Shown: piece by piece, positions 1 through 13,527 of the stretch
Layout of the letters: each line of letters begins with the position of its first letter
How positions within the stretch are numbered: the first letter of the stretch is position 1
Assembly: GCA_951406725.2 (NCBI GenBank)
Contig: OX597830.1
Coordinates: forward strand, 73,966,001 to 74,030,000
DNA: 64,000 nt
DNA from: Octopus vulgaris
Lineage: Eukaryota
Reading direction: 5' to 3'
The notes under the pieces: generated by a model
What the model saw: the letters and a program-made list of their open reading frames with translations, nothing else
The model's database searches: none
What the model was told of the DNA's origin: nothing
Program-made: the position numbers and the translations under genes

Positions 1-271
1 AGCTCGCCGCCTTGAACGAAAGCATGCTATACCGTGCGTTTATGCTCTCTGGGACAACATTACTTTTTTCTTTTACTTTTCTGTGTAGTTATAGGAGCAT
101 GACCTGAGAGCATTTGACTGCGATTCTTTCAGGTCACGTACCCTTGTGGAGGACACCCCGTTGGCTTATATGTAAATAGGGTATATAACAGTATTGTGCA
201 TGTTTACTAACATGCTTAACGCCTATTTCAAAAGCAACCATTCACACATTAATATATATGCGTACAGATAT

Positions 272-437
272 AGGCGCAGGAGTGGCTGTGTGGTAAGTAG
301 CTTGTCTACCAACCACATGGTTCCGGGTTCAGTCCCACAGCGTGGCACCCTGGGCAAGTGTCTTCTACTATAGCCTCGGGCCGACCAAAGCCTTGTGAGT
401 GGATTTGGTAGACGGAAACTGAAAGAAACCCGTCGTA

Positions 438-487
<50 letters not shown>

Positions 488-704
488 TGTGTGTTTGTGT
501 GTCTGTGTTTGTCCCCTAGCATTGCTTGACAACCGATGCTGGTGTGTTTATGTCCTCGTTACCTAGCGGTTCGGCAAGGGACCGATAGAATAAGTACTGG
601 GCTTACAAAAGAATAAGTCCCGGGGTCAAGTTGTCAATTAAAAGGCGGTGCTCCAGCATGGCCGCAGTCAAATGACTGAAACAAGTAAAAGAGTAAAAAG
701 AGTA
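272..704 (+). mobile_element. tRNA-derived SINE, family A (internal (TA)n/(TG)n, GAGTAAAA-type tail), full length
   Basis: A-box-like GTGGCTGTGTGGTAA and B-box-like GGGTTCAGTCCC. Core ...GGGCAAGTGTCTTCTACTATAGCCTCGGGCCGACC. Tail GGCGGTGCTCCAGCATGGCCGCAGTCAAATGACTGAAACAAGTAAAAGAG. More than 15 homologous copies or fragments in the window. Confidence 0.9.
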
Positions 705-989
705 TACGCGCAGACGCATCACCAAGCATACTCTTTCACGTACGTGTGCACTCGCATACGCATGCGCACGCACGCGTGAAGACACACGTTGCCATTACAT
801 AGCACTTACACATACTAATGTCTATATGCAATAGATTCCGTCAGAAAATAATTACAATAAGCGGCTTGGCCCTCTTTCTTACGCATGCTATATATTATAG
901 GCAAACACATATTATACAATAAGTATATACATATGTATATATATGAATACATACATATATATGAGGGTGTTCATATATATATATATATT

Positions 990-1080
990 GGTGCAGGCAT
1001 CTGGCTCGCCAGCCCTCACTCAAAATCGTCCAACCCATGCTAGCATGGAAAGCGGACGTTAAACGATGATGATGATGATG
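990..1080 (+). mobile_element. 3' tail of RTE-like LINE or RTE-tailed SINE
   Basis: CGTCCAACCCATGCTAGCATGGAAAGCGGACGTTAAAC followed by (GAT)n; terminal stem-loop plus short tandem-repeat tail typical of RTE 3' ends. Confidence 0.6.
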
Positions 1081-1174
1081 AAGACATACACACATACACA
1101 TACACACACACATATATATATATGCTTTCGGTGAGAACGGTTTTTTGTACGGCGCCATTTTTACAATCCTGTAA

Positions 1175-1338
1175 ATAATAATAATGGTATTTTTATATAA
1201 GCTTAAGGACTTCTGGTGATCACCGTGCAATGCCTTCTTTTTTCCATCGAGGGCTTATATGCCCCTTTATTGGACTATTTTCTTTAGTCATTGTATGGTG
1301 ATCGCCATAAGCTTTTAGCTTATATAAAAAATACCATC

Positions 1339-1346
<8 letters not shown>
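1175..1346. repeat. Fold-back inverted repeat (~58-bp arms) abutting (ATT)n
   Basis: 1175-1232 ATAATAATAATGGTATTTTTATATAAGCT...GGTGATCACCGTGCAATG is an imperfect reverse complement of 1289-1346. Confidence 0.75.
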
Positions 1347-1794
<448 letters not shown>

Positions 1795-2229
1795 ATATAT
1801 TATATAAGTACAGTTAAATTGACAGTTAGACAAACATATTGGTGTATATATTTATACATACACACATGTATATATGTATATGTGTATATATCTGAGTGTG
1901 TGTGTGTATATGTTTATAAGTATGTATTATGTGTGTTTGCGTGCGTGTGTGTATGTATGTGTGCATGTATATATGTATGTATGTATATATGTATGTATGT
2001 ATATATGTATGTATGCATGTATGTACATATGAATGTATATTGGTATGATGGCTTAGCTGGCCAAAACTTCGCAGTCACTGTCAATGATATTCTTGTAAAT
2101 ATAAGAATACATTGGAATTAACAAAAGTATGATGGAGTGTACATGCAAATTAATATAAGATTATTCCTATTATTAACTGAACATAAAAAAAACAAACATA
2201 TGCTTGTATGCATATATATGTCTACGTAT

Positions 2230-2331
<102 letters not shown>

Positions 2332-2352
2332 ATATATGTATATATATGTATG

Positions 2353-2402
<50 letters not shown>

Positions 2403-2738
2403 CATACATATCAATATATATATATATATATATATCATACGAAGTTTCTGACGTTACTTTTTGATTTCGCACGCAGAGGAAAAAATTACAGAGAAACATT
2501 CGCAGGCCATTTTAGGAAATATGCGTGATCTGACGTCGTAAGAACAATATATATATATTCATTAAACAAAAGAAACTGAAACTTTAAAACCATCATTACA
2601 TCGAGCTTTCATCCCGGCTTGTTCATATTAAAAGCGTCTGAGAGCTGAAGACCATGCGTGAAAGCTGGAGTAACTAACGTGTGAATACTTGCTTGCCAGT
2701 GTCAGCAAGTCTATATGGCAACAATATGTGTCTTTGTC

Positions 2739-2970
2739 AGGCGGCGAGCTGGCAGACACGTTAGCACGCCGGGCGAAATGCTTAGCGGTATTTCGTCTGC
2801 CGTTACGTTCTGAGTTCAAATTCCGCCGAGGTCGGCTTTGCCTTTCATCCTTTCGGGGTCGATAAATTAAGTACCAGTTTCGCACTGGGGTCGATGTAAT
2901 CGACTTAATCCCTTTGTCTGTCCTTGTTTGTCCCCTCTGTGTTTAGCCCCTTGTGGGTAGTAAACAAATA
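2739..2970 (+). mobile_element. tRNA-derived SINE, family B, full length with 16-bp TSD
   Basis: AGGCGGCGAGCTGGCAGA...GAGTTCAAATTCC head and core CCTTTCATCCTTTCGGGGTCGATAAATTAAGTACCAG. TSD AATATGTGTCTTTGTC at 2723-2738 and 2971-2986. Confidence 0.92.
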
Positions 2971-3180
2971 AATATGTGTCTTTGTCTCTCTCTCTCTCCT
3001 TCTCTCCCACACTCTTTATCTATCTACCCGTTTATCTATATCTCTCTCTTTATATACATGCATATATATATATATATATATATATATGTCAGTATATGTA
3101 CCCGTGTATTTGTCAGTGTGGGTGTACTTATGCGTGTATGTATGTATGCGTGTATGCATGTATGGATGGATGTTTGCAAA

Positions 3181-3298
3181 GAGCAAGCGTGGGTGTGTGG
3201 TAAAAAAAAAATGTGCTTCTCAGCCACATATTCTCGAGTTCAGTCCCACTGCATAGGACGCAAGAGCCTTTAGTTGAAGGAAATGAAAAGAAGCCGGT

Positions 3299-3303
<5 letters not shown>
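3181..3303 (+). mobile_element. Degraded SINE-A 5' fragment
   Basis: GTGGGTGTGTGGTAA...GAGTTCAGTCCCACTGC...AAGAAGCCGGTCG. Confidence 0.6.
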
Positions 3304-3341
<38 letters not shown>

Positions 3342-3439
3342 AATATAAATAATATATATATATAAAAATATAAATAATATATAGATATAGATATATAGAT
3401 ATATATACATATATTATATGTATATATATATATAAAATT

Positions 3440-3722
3440 TAATAAGGGTAGAAATTGATATTAATCAATTAAAACCAGTGGCCCAGCATATTAAAAAAAT
3501 CCGAAGATTAAAATATCTTTACATACAAATTTAAAGGACTGACCACTAAAAGTGGACGGCCAACATGCTAGATATAGACGTCAAATCGCTATTTTCCACA
3601 AAGAATATGTTCTCAAATCAAAACTCATCACAAAACCTAGCGAACATATTCTTTCTTGAAAATAGCAATCTGACGTCTATATCTAGCATGTTGACCGTCC
3701 ACTTTTAGTGGTCAGTCCTTTT
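3440..3722 (+). mobile_element. (TA)n-embedded fold-back element (80-bp arms), putative non-autonomous Penelope-like insert
   Basis: Arms 3533-3612 and 3642-3721 are near-perfect reverse complements. Flanked by (TA)n. Head homologous to 11200-11292 on the minus strand. Confidence 0.75.
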
Positions 3723-3725
3723 GTA

Positions 3726-3762
<37 letters not shown>

Positions 3763-4107
3763 TATTCTTCTACTCGTTTCAGTGATTTGACTGGGGCCAT
3801 ACTGGAGTACCGCCTTTTCTTTGTAAGCCTAGTACTTATTCTATCGGCCGAACCGCTAGCTTACGGGGACGTAAAAGCACCAACATCGGTTGTCAAGCAA
3901 TGGTAGGGGTTCTAACACAGACTCACAAACACACACACTCACACACACACAAGACGGGCTCCTTTCAGTTTCCGTCTACCAAGTCCACTCACAATGCTTT
4001 GGTCGGCCCGAGGCTATAGTAGAAGACATTTGCCCAAGGTGCCACACAGTGGGACTGAACACAGAACCATGTGGTTGGGAAGCAACCATCTTACCTAAAA
4101 GCCACTC
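3763..4107 (-). mobile_element. SINE-A (internally deleted)
   Basis: Reverse-complement match to the tail, core and head of 272-704. Confidence 0.85.
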
Positions 4108-4465
4108 AATATTTTTGAACTAACCGGTATATGTCGATTAGTGTTCAGTAGAGCTCTGGCACAGTTTGGGCTATCTGGTGCCATCTGCAGTCGGGGTATA
4201 TTTCCGTCGGATCTACCTCAGGAATTCCGCAGTGTTAATTGAGATAATAATAATCTCTTATGCAACGAGAAGATGGATTTGATAATAATCTTTATTTTGT
4301 ACAAGGGTCGTTTCCACCCATCCTGCTACTGTCCCTTATGGGTGGTGCTCCTTTCAACATGTGTTTCATCAGTTTTGCAATCTGAGTCTCTACGGGTACA
4401 TCTTTACATAAAGGTTTGTGTCTTGCAAAAGATCCTGAGATTTGGCTATCATGTTGCTATAAGTC

Positions 4466-4656
4466 CGTTTGGTTAGGGAATGAAACCTCACTATAATTTT
4501 CAATTACTATTACCTTCTTTCAATAGGAGTTACAAACACTTGTAAATATAGACAAATAATTGTTGATAAAATAAATCAAAACAATTATTTGTCCATGTTT
4601 GGAGAAAGATAATAGTAACTGAAAATTGTAGTGAGACTTCGTTCCCTAACCAGACG
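4466..4656. repeat. Fold-back inverted repeat
   Basis: GTTTGGTTAGGGAATGAAACCTCACTATAATTTTC... versus ...GAAAATTGTAGTGAGACTTCGTTCCCTAACCAGAC. The adjacent motif GATCCTGAGATTTGGCTATCATG recurs near 28215. Confidence 0.75.
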
Positions 4657-4754
4657 AGCATATAGCAAGCAAAACGACAGCTCAAACTCAGAATTATTTG
4701 CGAGACGTGACAGTTATTCGTTTGCCATAATAAAACTCCGAGTTTTGGGATGCC

Positions 4755-4801
<47 letters not shown>

Positions 4802-5460
4802 CGATGACGACAATGACGAAATTTATATTTGTAGAGATGATGGTGGTAGCGTTGACGTTAGTGGTGGTGGTCGCTTTGGCATTTATAATGAAGATTGTGA
4901 TTATGTTGGAAACCAGGGATAGTTAATGTGGATCTTGTAAGGGTACTGATGGTGGCGTCGGTGATGGTGGTGGTGTTGATGATGGTGAAAAACAGGAGGA
5001 GGGGCGAGGAAAAAAATGTCCTTAAGAAATACTAGCAAGAAGAACGCGGAGGTGACGATCACAATGATGATTGTGGTGGTGGTGGTGGCGGTGGCGGCGG
5101 GGGGTGGTGGTGGTGGTGGTGGTGTTGGTGGCGATAATAACGGTGGGGTTACGGCTGCTTTTCCAATGTTCCTCAATCTAAAGTCATCTGGTGTAATGCA
5201 ACCAACAATCTAAATCTCTTTACCATTCCTCCAACAACAAAGAAAACCAAAATTCCTTGTTTTGCACTCATTATTATTATTGATGATTCTCTTCTTGGTG
5301 TTGTAGTTGTTGATGTTGTTGTTGCGTTTACATATTTCTTCTCACTTCATTCTTTTTGTATTTCCCGCTTTATAGATTTCATTTGTTTTTTTAAAAAAAC
5401 AATTTGCACACATTTAGTTATAATATATGTATGTGAATGTGTGCGTTTGTGTGATTGTGA

Positions 5461-5504
<44 letters not shown>

Positions 5505-5682
5505 AAAAAAATGCAATTTTCTGTGTCCATATCTTGTACTACTTACTTATGTGTGTGCATGTATATATGAATGTGTGTGTGTGTGTATATAATAATGTTT
5601 ATATGCATTTGTATGTGGGTACAAGTACGCTTTCAAAGCCACCTAGAGCTGGATGCATACTACACACACACATTCACACACA

Positions 5683-5734
<52 letters not shown>

Positions 5735-5899
5735 CATACACACACACGTCAACCGAATCAGACGAACACAAACTCATAGCTACTTCTTTAGCTGGTAGCT
5801 TCAATAATCCAAATAAAAAAAAATTATAAACTGAACACATACTGATATACGTATGTACATACATACATGCATGCATACATACATACATACATACATGCA

Positions 5900-5933
<34 letters not shown>

Positions 5934-6448
5934 CATACATGCATGCATGCATGTATTCATACATACTTAGACACGTACATGCATACATACAACCATATGT
6001 ACATGCATACATACATACATACAACCATATGTACATGCATACATACATATATATACATACATGCATGCATACATGCATACATACATACATACATGCATAC
6101 ATATATACATACATACATATATACATACACATAGGCATTCACATTTTCATATTCGATATAAATTATTTATCTTGACATCTTTAATCTCAAATAATCGATA
6201 AGTTTTAGATTCCCAGGTGAACGGTATTCCATGTTGTTTGTGCGAATAATAAACTTCTGTGGCAAATTGCGTTCGCATCATAACGTCACGATCTCACCTT
6301 TCTGAGAAACACATCTAAAAAAAGAAGAAAAATTTAATTTAAAGTTATCACATCAAATATGGAAGATTGTTTCAATATATGGCCGGGGGTAATAAAACAG
6401 CATTTAAATCGCTAATTTATTTCGATAAAAGGCGCAAACATTGCTTAT

Positions 6449-6870
6449 AGGCGCAGGCGTGGCTTATAGGTGAAGGTGTGACTGTCTGGTAAGAAGATTG
6501 CTTCCGAACCATATGGTTCCCAAGTTCAGTTCAACTGTGTGGTATGTTGCGCATGTGTGTCTTCCGCTATAGCCACGAGGAGGCGAATGCCTTGTGAGTG
6601 GATTTGGTTGGAGAAAACTGAAAGAAGCCCGTGGTGTATATGTGTATGTGTGTGTGTCTTTGTATCTGTGTTTGTCCCCCAACACCGCTTGACAAACGGT
6701 GTGATTACGTCCCTGTACCTTAGTGGCTTGACAGAATGGACTGATAATGTAAGTGCCAGGCTTTAAAAAGTAAACGTCCCGGGGTCGATTTGTTCGACTA
6801 AAATAAACCTTTCATGGCGGTGCCCCAGCATGACTGCAGTCAAATAGCTGAAACAAATAAAAGGTAAAAA
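6449..6870 (+). mobile_element. SINE-A, diverged, duplicated 5' end
   Basis: Homology to 272-704 throughout. Confidence 0.85.
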
Positions 6871-6914
6871 CTAGAAGCGAAATAAATAATTTTACACTGA
6901 AAAAGAAACAAAAA

Positions 6915-6957
6915 TGACATTTAACATTTCAGGCGGTTATCCTTCATCAGAAAATGC
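6915..6957 (-). ncRNA. Minimal type I hammerhead ribozyme-like motif (Penelope-type)
   Basis: Minus strand reads atttt-CTGATGA-AGG-ataaccg-CCT-GAAA-TG-TT-aaatg. Intact CUGAnGA and GAAA core, 3-bp stem II, short stem I. Confidence 0.55.
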
Positions 6958-7264
6958 TGAAATATTTACTGTAGCTGAATGTATAAGTACGAGATATTTT
7001 GGGATATCCTTTTAGGGCATCCTTTTGGGACCACCTGCTTGGTGTTGCTGATTCGACTTAGACATATTTAAAATCTGACGTTTGAATGTTTCTTCTCTTT
7101 CAGTATTTCTTTAATTCTGTCCCGACATCTCTCTTGCTCTCTCTGTCTCTTTTTTCTCTCTCTCGCTCTGTATATATGTGTGAGTATATTTCTGTCTCTA
7201 TATATATATATATATGATGACAGGGATAATGTTTATGACAATCGTATTTAATTAATAAATAGTA

Positions 7265-7680
7265 AGGCGTAGGAGTGGGTGTGTGGTAAGTAGCTTGTTT
7301 ACTAACCATATGGTTCCGAGTTCAGTCCCACTGCTTGGCACCTTGGGCCAGTGTCTTCTACTATAGCCTCGGGTCGACCAAAGCTTTGTGAGTGGATCTG
7401 GTAGACGGAAACTGAAAGAAGCCCGTCGTATATATGTATATATGTATGTGTGTGCATATGTTTGTGTGTCTGTGTTTGTCCCCCCCCCCCCCCAACATCG
7501 CTTGACAACCGATCCTGGTGTGTTTACGTCACCGTAACTTAGCAGTTCGGCAAAAGAATCCGATAGAATAAGTACTAGGCTTAAAAAGAATAAGTCCTGG
7601 GGTTGATTTGCTCGACTAAAGGCGGTGCTCAAGCATGACTACAGTCAAATGACTGAAACAAGTAAAAGAGTAAAAGAGTA
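7265..7680 (+). mobile_element. SINE-A, full length
   Basis: High similarity to 272-704 including the GAGTAAAA tail. Confidence 0.9.
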
Positions 7681-8571
7681 ATGTCGTTTCCTCTCCTCTC
7701 CCTTTCTCACTATTTTTTCTGTATTTGCCGTGTATGAACATTTGTGTGTGTGTGTATGTGTGTGTGTGTTTGTGTGTGTGTGTGCGCGTCTGTGTGTGCG
7801 TGCGTGTGTGTGTCTATGTGTCTATGTGTCTATGCGTGTGATTGTCTCTAGTGCCAAAAAAACAAAAAGAAATCGCCAAAACAGCTTGAATGTACGGCCA
7901 GCCGCGTCAAATTGTCTGCAGCCAAACAGCTTCGCCCAATCATCCCAAACTGTAACGAAGTGTTTGCATTGATCTAGTCACATACAGTAAACATTTCATC
8001 TTCCTCTGATTAGCCATCCAGCCAGAGACATTAGACACGATAAAATGCATCTCTCACTCACAAGAAAACAAAAAATATTTTTTTCCACACTGTGAACTGC
8101 TCGCTACTAAATACTTACTGACGTGGAACTTAGTTGAGCTTAGTTCTTGGACTTCGGCCATGAAAGTCTGATATTCTTTTTGGCCGATCATATTAACTTC
8201 AGTACTTATTTTAGTTTTATAATCACTTTATCATACACACTTTGCCGAACGGCTAAGTAATATTTTAAACTAAAATGTGTACTATAATTCACTAACACCG
8301 ATTTTCCCCAAGAATACGAAAATAGAGCCAACAGAATACTATGGAAAAAATTTTTATGCATATAGGTTTATATATTTTCATGTATATATCAATCACATAA
8401 GATTGGCCATGACAAACATTGTACATCGAACAGGTGATTACACTGGCGAAGCTTCACCATGGCCACAGCCTTAGGGCTGAAACGTATAAAAGAATAGAAT
8501 ACAAAAAGAATATATATATATATATTCTTTTATTATTTTACAAGAATAAAAGGTATATATATATACCTTGG

Positions 8572-8608
<37 letters not shown>

Positions 8609-8672
8609 GCAAACACACACACGCATATATATATATATACATATATACATAAGTATATGTTCATATTTATAA

Positions 8673-9055
8673 CAAGCAGTATCGCCCGGCGTTGTTCGGG
8701 TTTGTTTCGACCCTTTAGAATTGGAATTTTTGCAAAGTAAAAATTTCTGAAAAGTAAAAATGTAGCTTGTTCTTCTCCTTAAGTGAACATTTTTCTGGTT
8801 GAAATACACCGAAAAATGGCGACACAGCAGTCAAAAAGTTGTTAAAAATAGGGATTTTCATAGAAAAAAAGCACCTTTTTGATGTAAATAAGTTTTGGTC
8901 TTAACATGGTCCGATTTGAAAGGAAGAGCAAGCCTTCTTCTATCATACTCTCAATTTTGGTCTACTTGCGCCGCAGAGTCTCGGAGAAGATAGCGTTTGT
9001 TGAAGGCTACCAAACCTTCCATACACAGACAACTTCAGCTTTATATATAGAAAGA
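8673..9055 (-). mobile_element. Non-autonomous Helitron
   Basis: Minus strand begins TC(TTTC)TATATATAAA and ends with the GC hairpin CCCGAACAACGCCGGG followed about 8 nt later by CTTG (degenerate CTAG). No TIR or TSD. Confidence 0.7.
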
Positions 9056-9437
9056 TATACTAATACATATATGCAAATATACATTTATATATTTGCGTCT
9101 GTGTGTGTGTGTCTAAAGCTAGGTGAAAACCGTGATTGTGCATGACTTCAAGCCAACATCAAGCGGACAATGACCGATGAAATTTATTGAAATAAAGGTT
9201 ATTAAATATCATTTGGTATCGATAGCAACCTCCTATAAACATCCGGTTAGAGTGAAAAACATTTTTCAGGTGGATTTTAAGTAAAACATTATTAAATCTA
9301 TAATCTCTGAATGACGCTCTGTATCCATGGTAACCGGTTACCACTATCTAAACTGCACAGAAATGTGAGCGATGAAGTGCATGAAAGAGCGGCGATTTTA
9401 TTTCTATACTTTCATACTTACATACATACACATATAC

Positions 9438-9560
<123 letters not shown>

Positions 9561-9583
9561 TATATGTATGTATATATATATAA

Positions 9584-9616
<33 letters not shown>

Positions 9617-9707
9617 CATACATATAATGTGTGTGTATGTATATATGTATATATATACGTATATGTGTATATATGTATTTATATATGTATTTATGTATAT
9701 ATGTATA

Positions 9708-9768
<61 letters not shown>

Positions 9769-9984
9769 GCAGCAAAAGCTGTCAACAATAGCAAGTAAAT
9801 ATTGAGTCAAAAATACCTTTAGTTAGAATGAAATACTGTCCGTTGGACATGAACGCTCATCTTTTGTGAACATGACAGACCTGCTGCCATTGGAGAGAGA
9901 GAGAGAGAGGGAGAGAGAGAAAGAGAGAGAGAAAGAGAAAGAGAGAGAGAGAGAGAGAGAAAACAGGCAGAAACAAGGAAAATG

Positions 9985-10203
9985 GCACTTGTATTTGAAC
10001 ACTATTCAAATATTCTTTTAAAACTTTTCTTCTAATTTTTCCCAAGTTTGATTGCTTTCCATACTTACCGTTGAAAAAGTTTCAATGACTGAAACCGGTA
10101 CTGAGATGTTCTTTTATAAAATTATTTTACCCCATTTTCTATCTTGACTTTTTTTCCATATATATATCAACTCGTGTGTTCCTTTTCAACCTTCTACACC
10201 CCA

Positions 10204-10205
<2 letters not shown>
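9985..10205 (+). mobile_element. Penelope-like 3' remnant with degenerate hammerhead motif, ending in (TA)n
   Basis: TTGAAAA-AGT-ttcaatg-ACT-GAAA-CCGG-TA at about 10071-10100, then a pyrimidine-rich tail running into (TA)n. Confidence 0.4.
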
Positions 10206-10271
<66 letters not shown>

Positions 10272-10353
10272 TATATATGTAAATCAGATATTTTCTGTTT
10301 AGAAATAGACTTAGTAGTGCTCAAGAAATTTACGCTTGAGTAGGTATAGAAGT

Positions 10354-10582
10354 AAATGTACGGGTAAACAAGTTAGACATGTCAATATATAACGTATATT
10401 CAATATATGAAATACAAATATATGTATATTTATATGCAAAAATTAAGCCCTTTTAATTCTCGATATTATTTCTATTCTCTGTAAATCAGACATTTTTTGT
10501 ATATAAACATATATACAGTTTTTGTATTTCATGCATTTAATATACTTTATATGTTGACCTAACTTGCTTATTCCTACATTTG
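10354..10582. repeat. Diverged fold-back inverted repeat between (TA)n tracts
   Basis: 10354-10442 versus 10494-10582 are imperfect reverse complements (AAATGTA...CAAGTTAG...GTCAA.ATATAA.GTATATT...TGAAATACAAA). Confidence 0.6.
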
Positions 10583-10615
10583 CATATATATATATATATA
10601 TGTGTGTGTGTGTAT

Positions 10616-10997
10616 GGAGGCGCAATGTTCCAGTGATTAGGGCAGTGGACTCGAGGTCGTAGGATCGCGGTTTCGATTACCAGAGCGGGTGTTGTGAGTG
10701 TTTATTGAGCGAACACATCTAAAGCTCCACGTGTCTCCAGCTGAGGGTGGTGGCGAAACCTGCTGTAACAATTTCACCACAATTTTCTCTCACTCTATCT
10801 TCCTGTTTCTGTTGTACCTTTATTTCAAAAGGGCCAGCCTTGTCACACTTTGTGTCACGCTGAATCTCCCCCGAGAACTACGTTAAGGGTTCACGTGTCT
10901 GTGGAGTGCTCAGCTACTTGCACGTTCATTTCGCGAGCAGGCTGTTCCATTGATCGGATCAACTGGAACCCTCGTCGTCGTAACCGACGGAGTGCCA
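10616..10997 (+). mobile_element. tRNA-derived SINE, family C (resembles octopus OR-type SINEs)
   Basis: GGAGGCGCAATG..CAGTG.TTAGGGCAG...GGTTTCGATT head; tail CCCTCGTCGTCGTAACCGACGGAGTGCCA; homolog at 37761-38176. Confidence 0.88.
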
Positions 10998-10999
10998 CG

Positions 11000-11172
<173 letters not shown>

Positions 11173-11199
11173 CATATTTATACATATGTATGTAATATA

Positions 11200-11286
11200 A
11201 TTTTTCTGAAACTTCATATTTTTCAGTATGCTAGACCACTGGTTTTAAATTGATATTAATCAAATTAATATTCAAATTTTCACACT

Positions 11287-11329
<43 letters not shown>

Positions 11330-11462
11330 TAAATATAAGGGTAGCAAAAAATTCTAGAAAAAATTCTCCGCTATCAGCGGTCTAGCGAGAAAGAAAGTAT
11401 AGTCAAAGACTATATAAAGACTAGTGAGTCGAATGTCCTATTATGGCCATTCCTTATATTGT
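11200..11462. mobile_element. Two divergent (TA)n-anchored heads of the fold-back element family
   Basis: 11200-11292 (-) matches the 3440 head (AAAACCAGTGGTCTAGCAT). 11335-11462 (+) has TAAGGGTAG...TATCAGCGGTCTAGC. Confidence 0.5.
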
Positions 11463-11549
<87 letters not shown>

Positions 11550-12506
11550 ACATGCAAACACAGACACACGTGAAAGCAAGGATTTAATTTCTTGATGGAC
11601 ATCTGAGCTGGACATTTGACCGTTATGAGATCAATTCCTACTGGTGCTGTCTTTGAATAAGACCGAAAGAAAAACAGTGGACGCTCATAAAATTCTTTGG
11701 TTTTATGGTTACTTTAACTACTGTATGGTGAGAGAGTGTGTGCGCCCTTGTTTGCGTGCGTGTAGTGGTTCGTGTATTTGTGTATGTTTGCTTTTGCACG
11801 TGGTCGGATGTTTGTATGCCTGATTGCGCCTCTGTGTGTTTATGTGTATATGTGTGTGTGTAATTTGTGTGCGCACGCAGATCTTTGTGCTTGTGTGTGT
11901 GTATGTATGCGTTTCTAAATCCTCGGATTTGTGCAGCGTCTGTCATAGCGTGCACGTGCGTATTTGTTTATATGAATGTCTGTGATTGTTCCTGCATGTA
12001 TATATATATATATATATATATGCACGTATGTGAAGAACTGTGAATGTGTGAATGAAGGAAGGAGAGAGAGAGAGAGGGGGAAAGAGGGGAAGAGACAATG
12101 AGTATACGACGCGCCTGTGTGCGTTTGTGTGTGTGTGTGTGTGTGTATGTATCCCTGTGTGTTTTGGCGGATAGATCAAAGGGATTTTTCATTTTCCGAG
12201 TAGTTGGAGATTTTACATTTTCTCATCCTCTCTCTTACTCTCAGTTTCTTTCTCTCTCTCTCTCTCTCCGTCTCTCTCTCCGTCTCTCTCTTTTTCTCTT
12301 CCTACTCTCCCTCTATTGACTCATCTTCACTCTGACTCATCCTCTTGCCTCCTTACCATTTAGCTTTTCATGTGTGTGTGTGTATGAATGTGTGTTATGT
12401 ATGTACATACATCTGCCTGTAAATGAGTGTATGAAGATATATATATATATATATTGTTATATTTCGGAATGGTCATATTGCCAGTTTAGCCACTGTGTAT
12501 CTTTCT

Positions 12507-12751
<245 letters not shown>

Positions 12752-12779
12752 AGATAGATAGATAGATAGATAGGTAGAT

Positions 12780-12813
<34 letters not shown>

Positions 12814-12855
12814 TTATATATATAAAATAGATAGATAGATAGGTAGATACACACA

Positions 12856-12913
<58 letters not shown>

Positions 12914-12953
12914 CACACACACAGACACACACTTACATGAATAGATAGATAGG

Positions 12954-13030
<77 letters not shown>

Positions 13031-13328
13031 CTTCCTTTTATTCGTCATGCACACTGTAAACAATAGCGTCGGCGGATATAGATTTCTAACGAAGGAGGTC
13101 ACTTGCTGACTGTATTCTCGATGGTGTGAACCGAATAACAAACAAACGACGTGTAACTCGGGTGGAACAAATATCAGGAGACACTTTTCTTCGACTCACC
13201 GTCATCTAGGTAATATTTCAGAGGCGCAGCTGCGCTTATCCTTCGTGCACACCCAGGTACATTCATATCCTTACAGAAACACATGCAACCATATACACAC
13301 GCATACATCATAGTCCACACATACCCAT

Positions 13329-13368
<40 letters not shown>

Positions 13369-13493
13369 CTGTATACATAAATGCACAAATACATACATAA
13401 AAATACATATACATACATACATACATGCATAAAGACATATATATAAACATACATACATACATACATACATACATACATACATACATACATACA

Positions 13494-13527
<34 letters not shown>

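Noticed and set aside
223-785. Recurrent peptides such as [21 protein letters not shown] and RPRRNLNSERNGRR seen in many ORFs
   Set aside because: They are antisense or sense translations of SINE-A and SINE-B, not a gene family.
2600-2670. CTGAAGA...GAAAGCT as a hammerhead
   Set aside because: Stems I and II do not pair convincingly.
5016-5213. ORF with a hydrophobic stretch and poly-Gly resembling a secreted peptide
   Set aside because: It is built on (GGT)n/(GAT)n triplet repeats and has no independent support.
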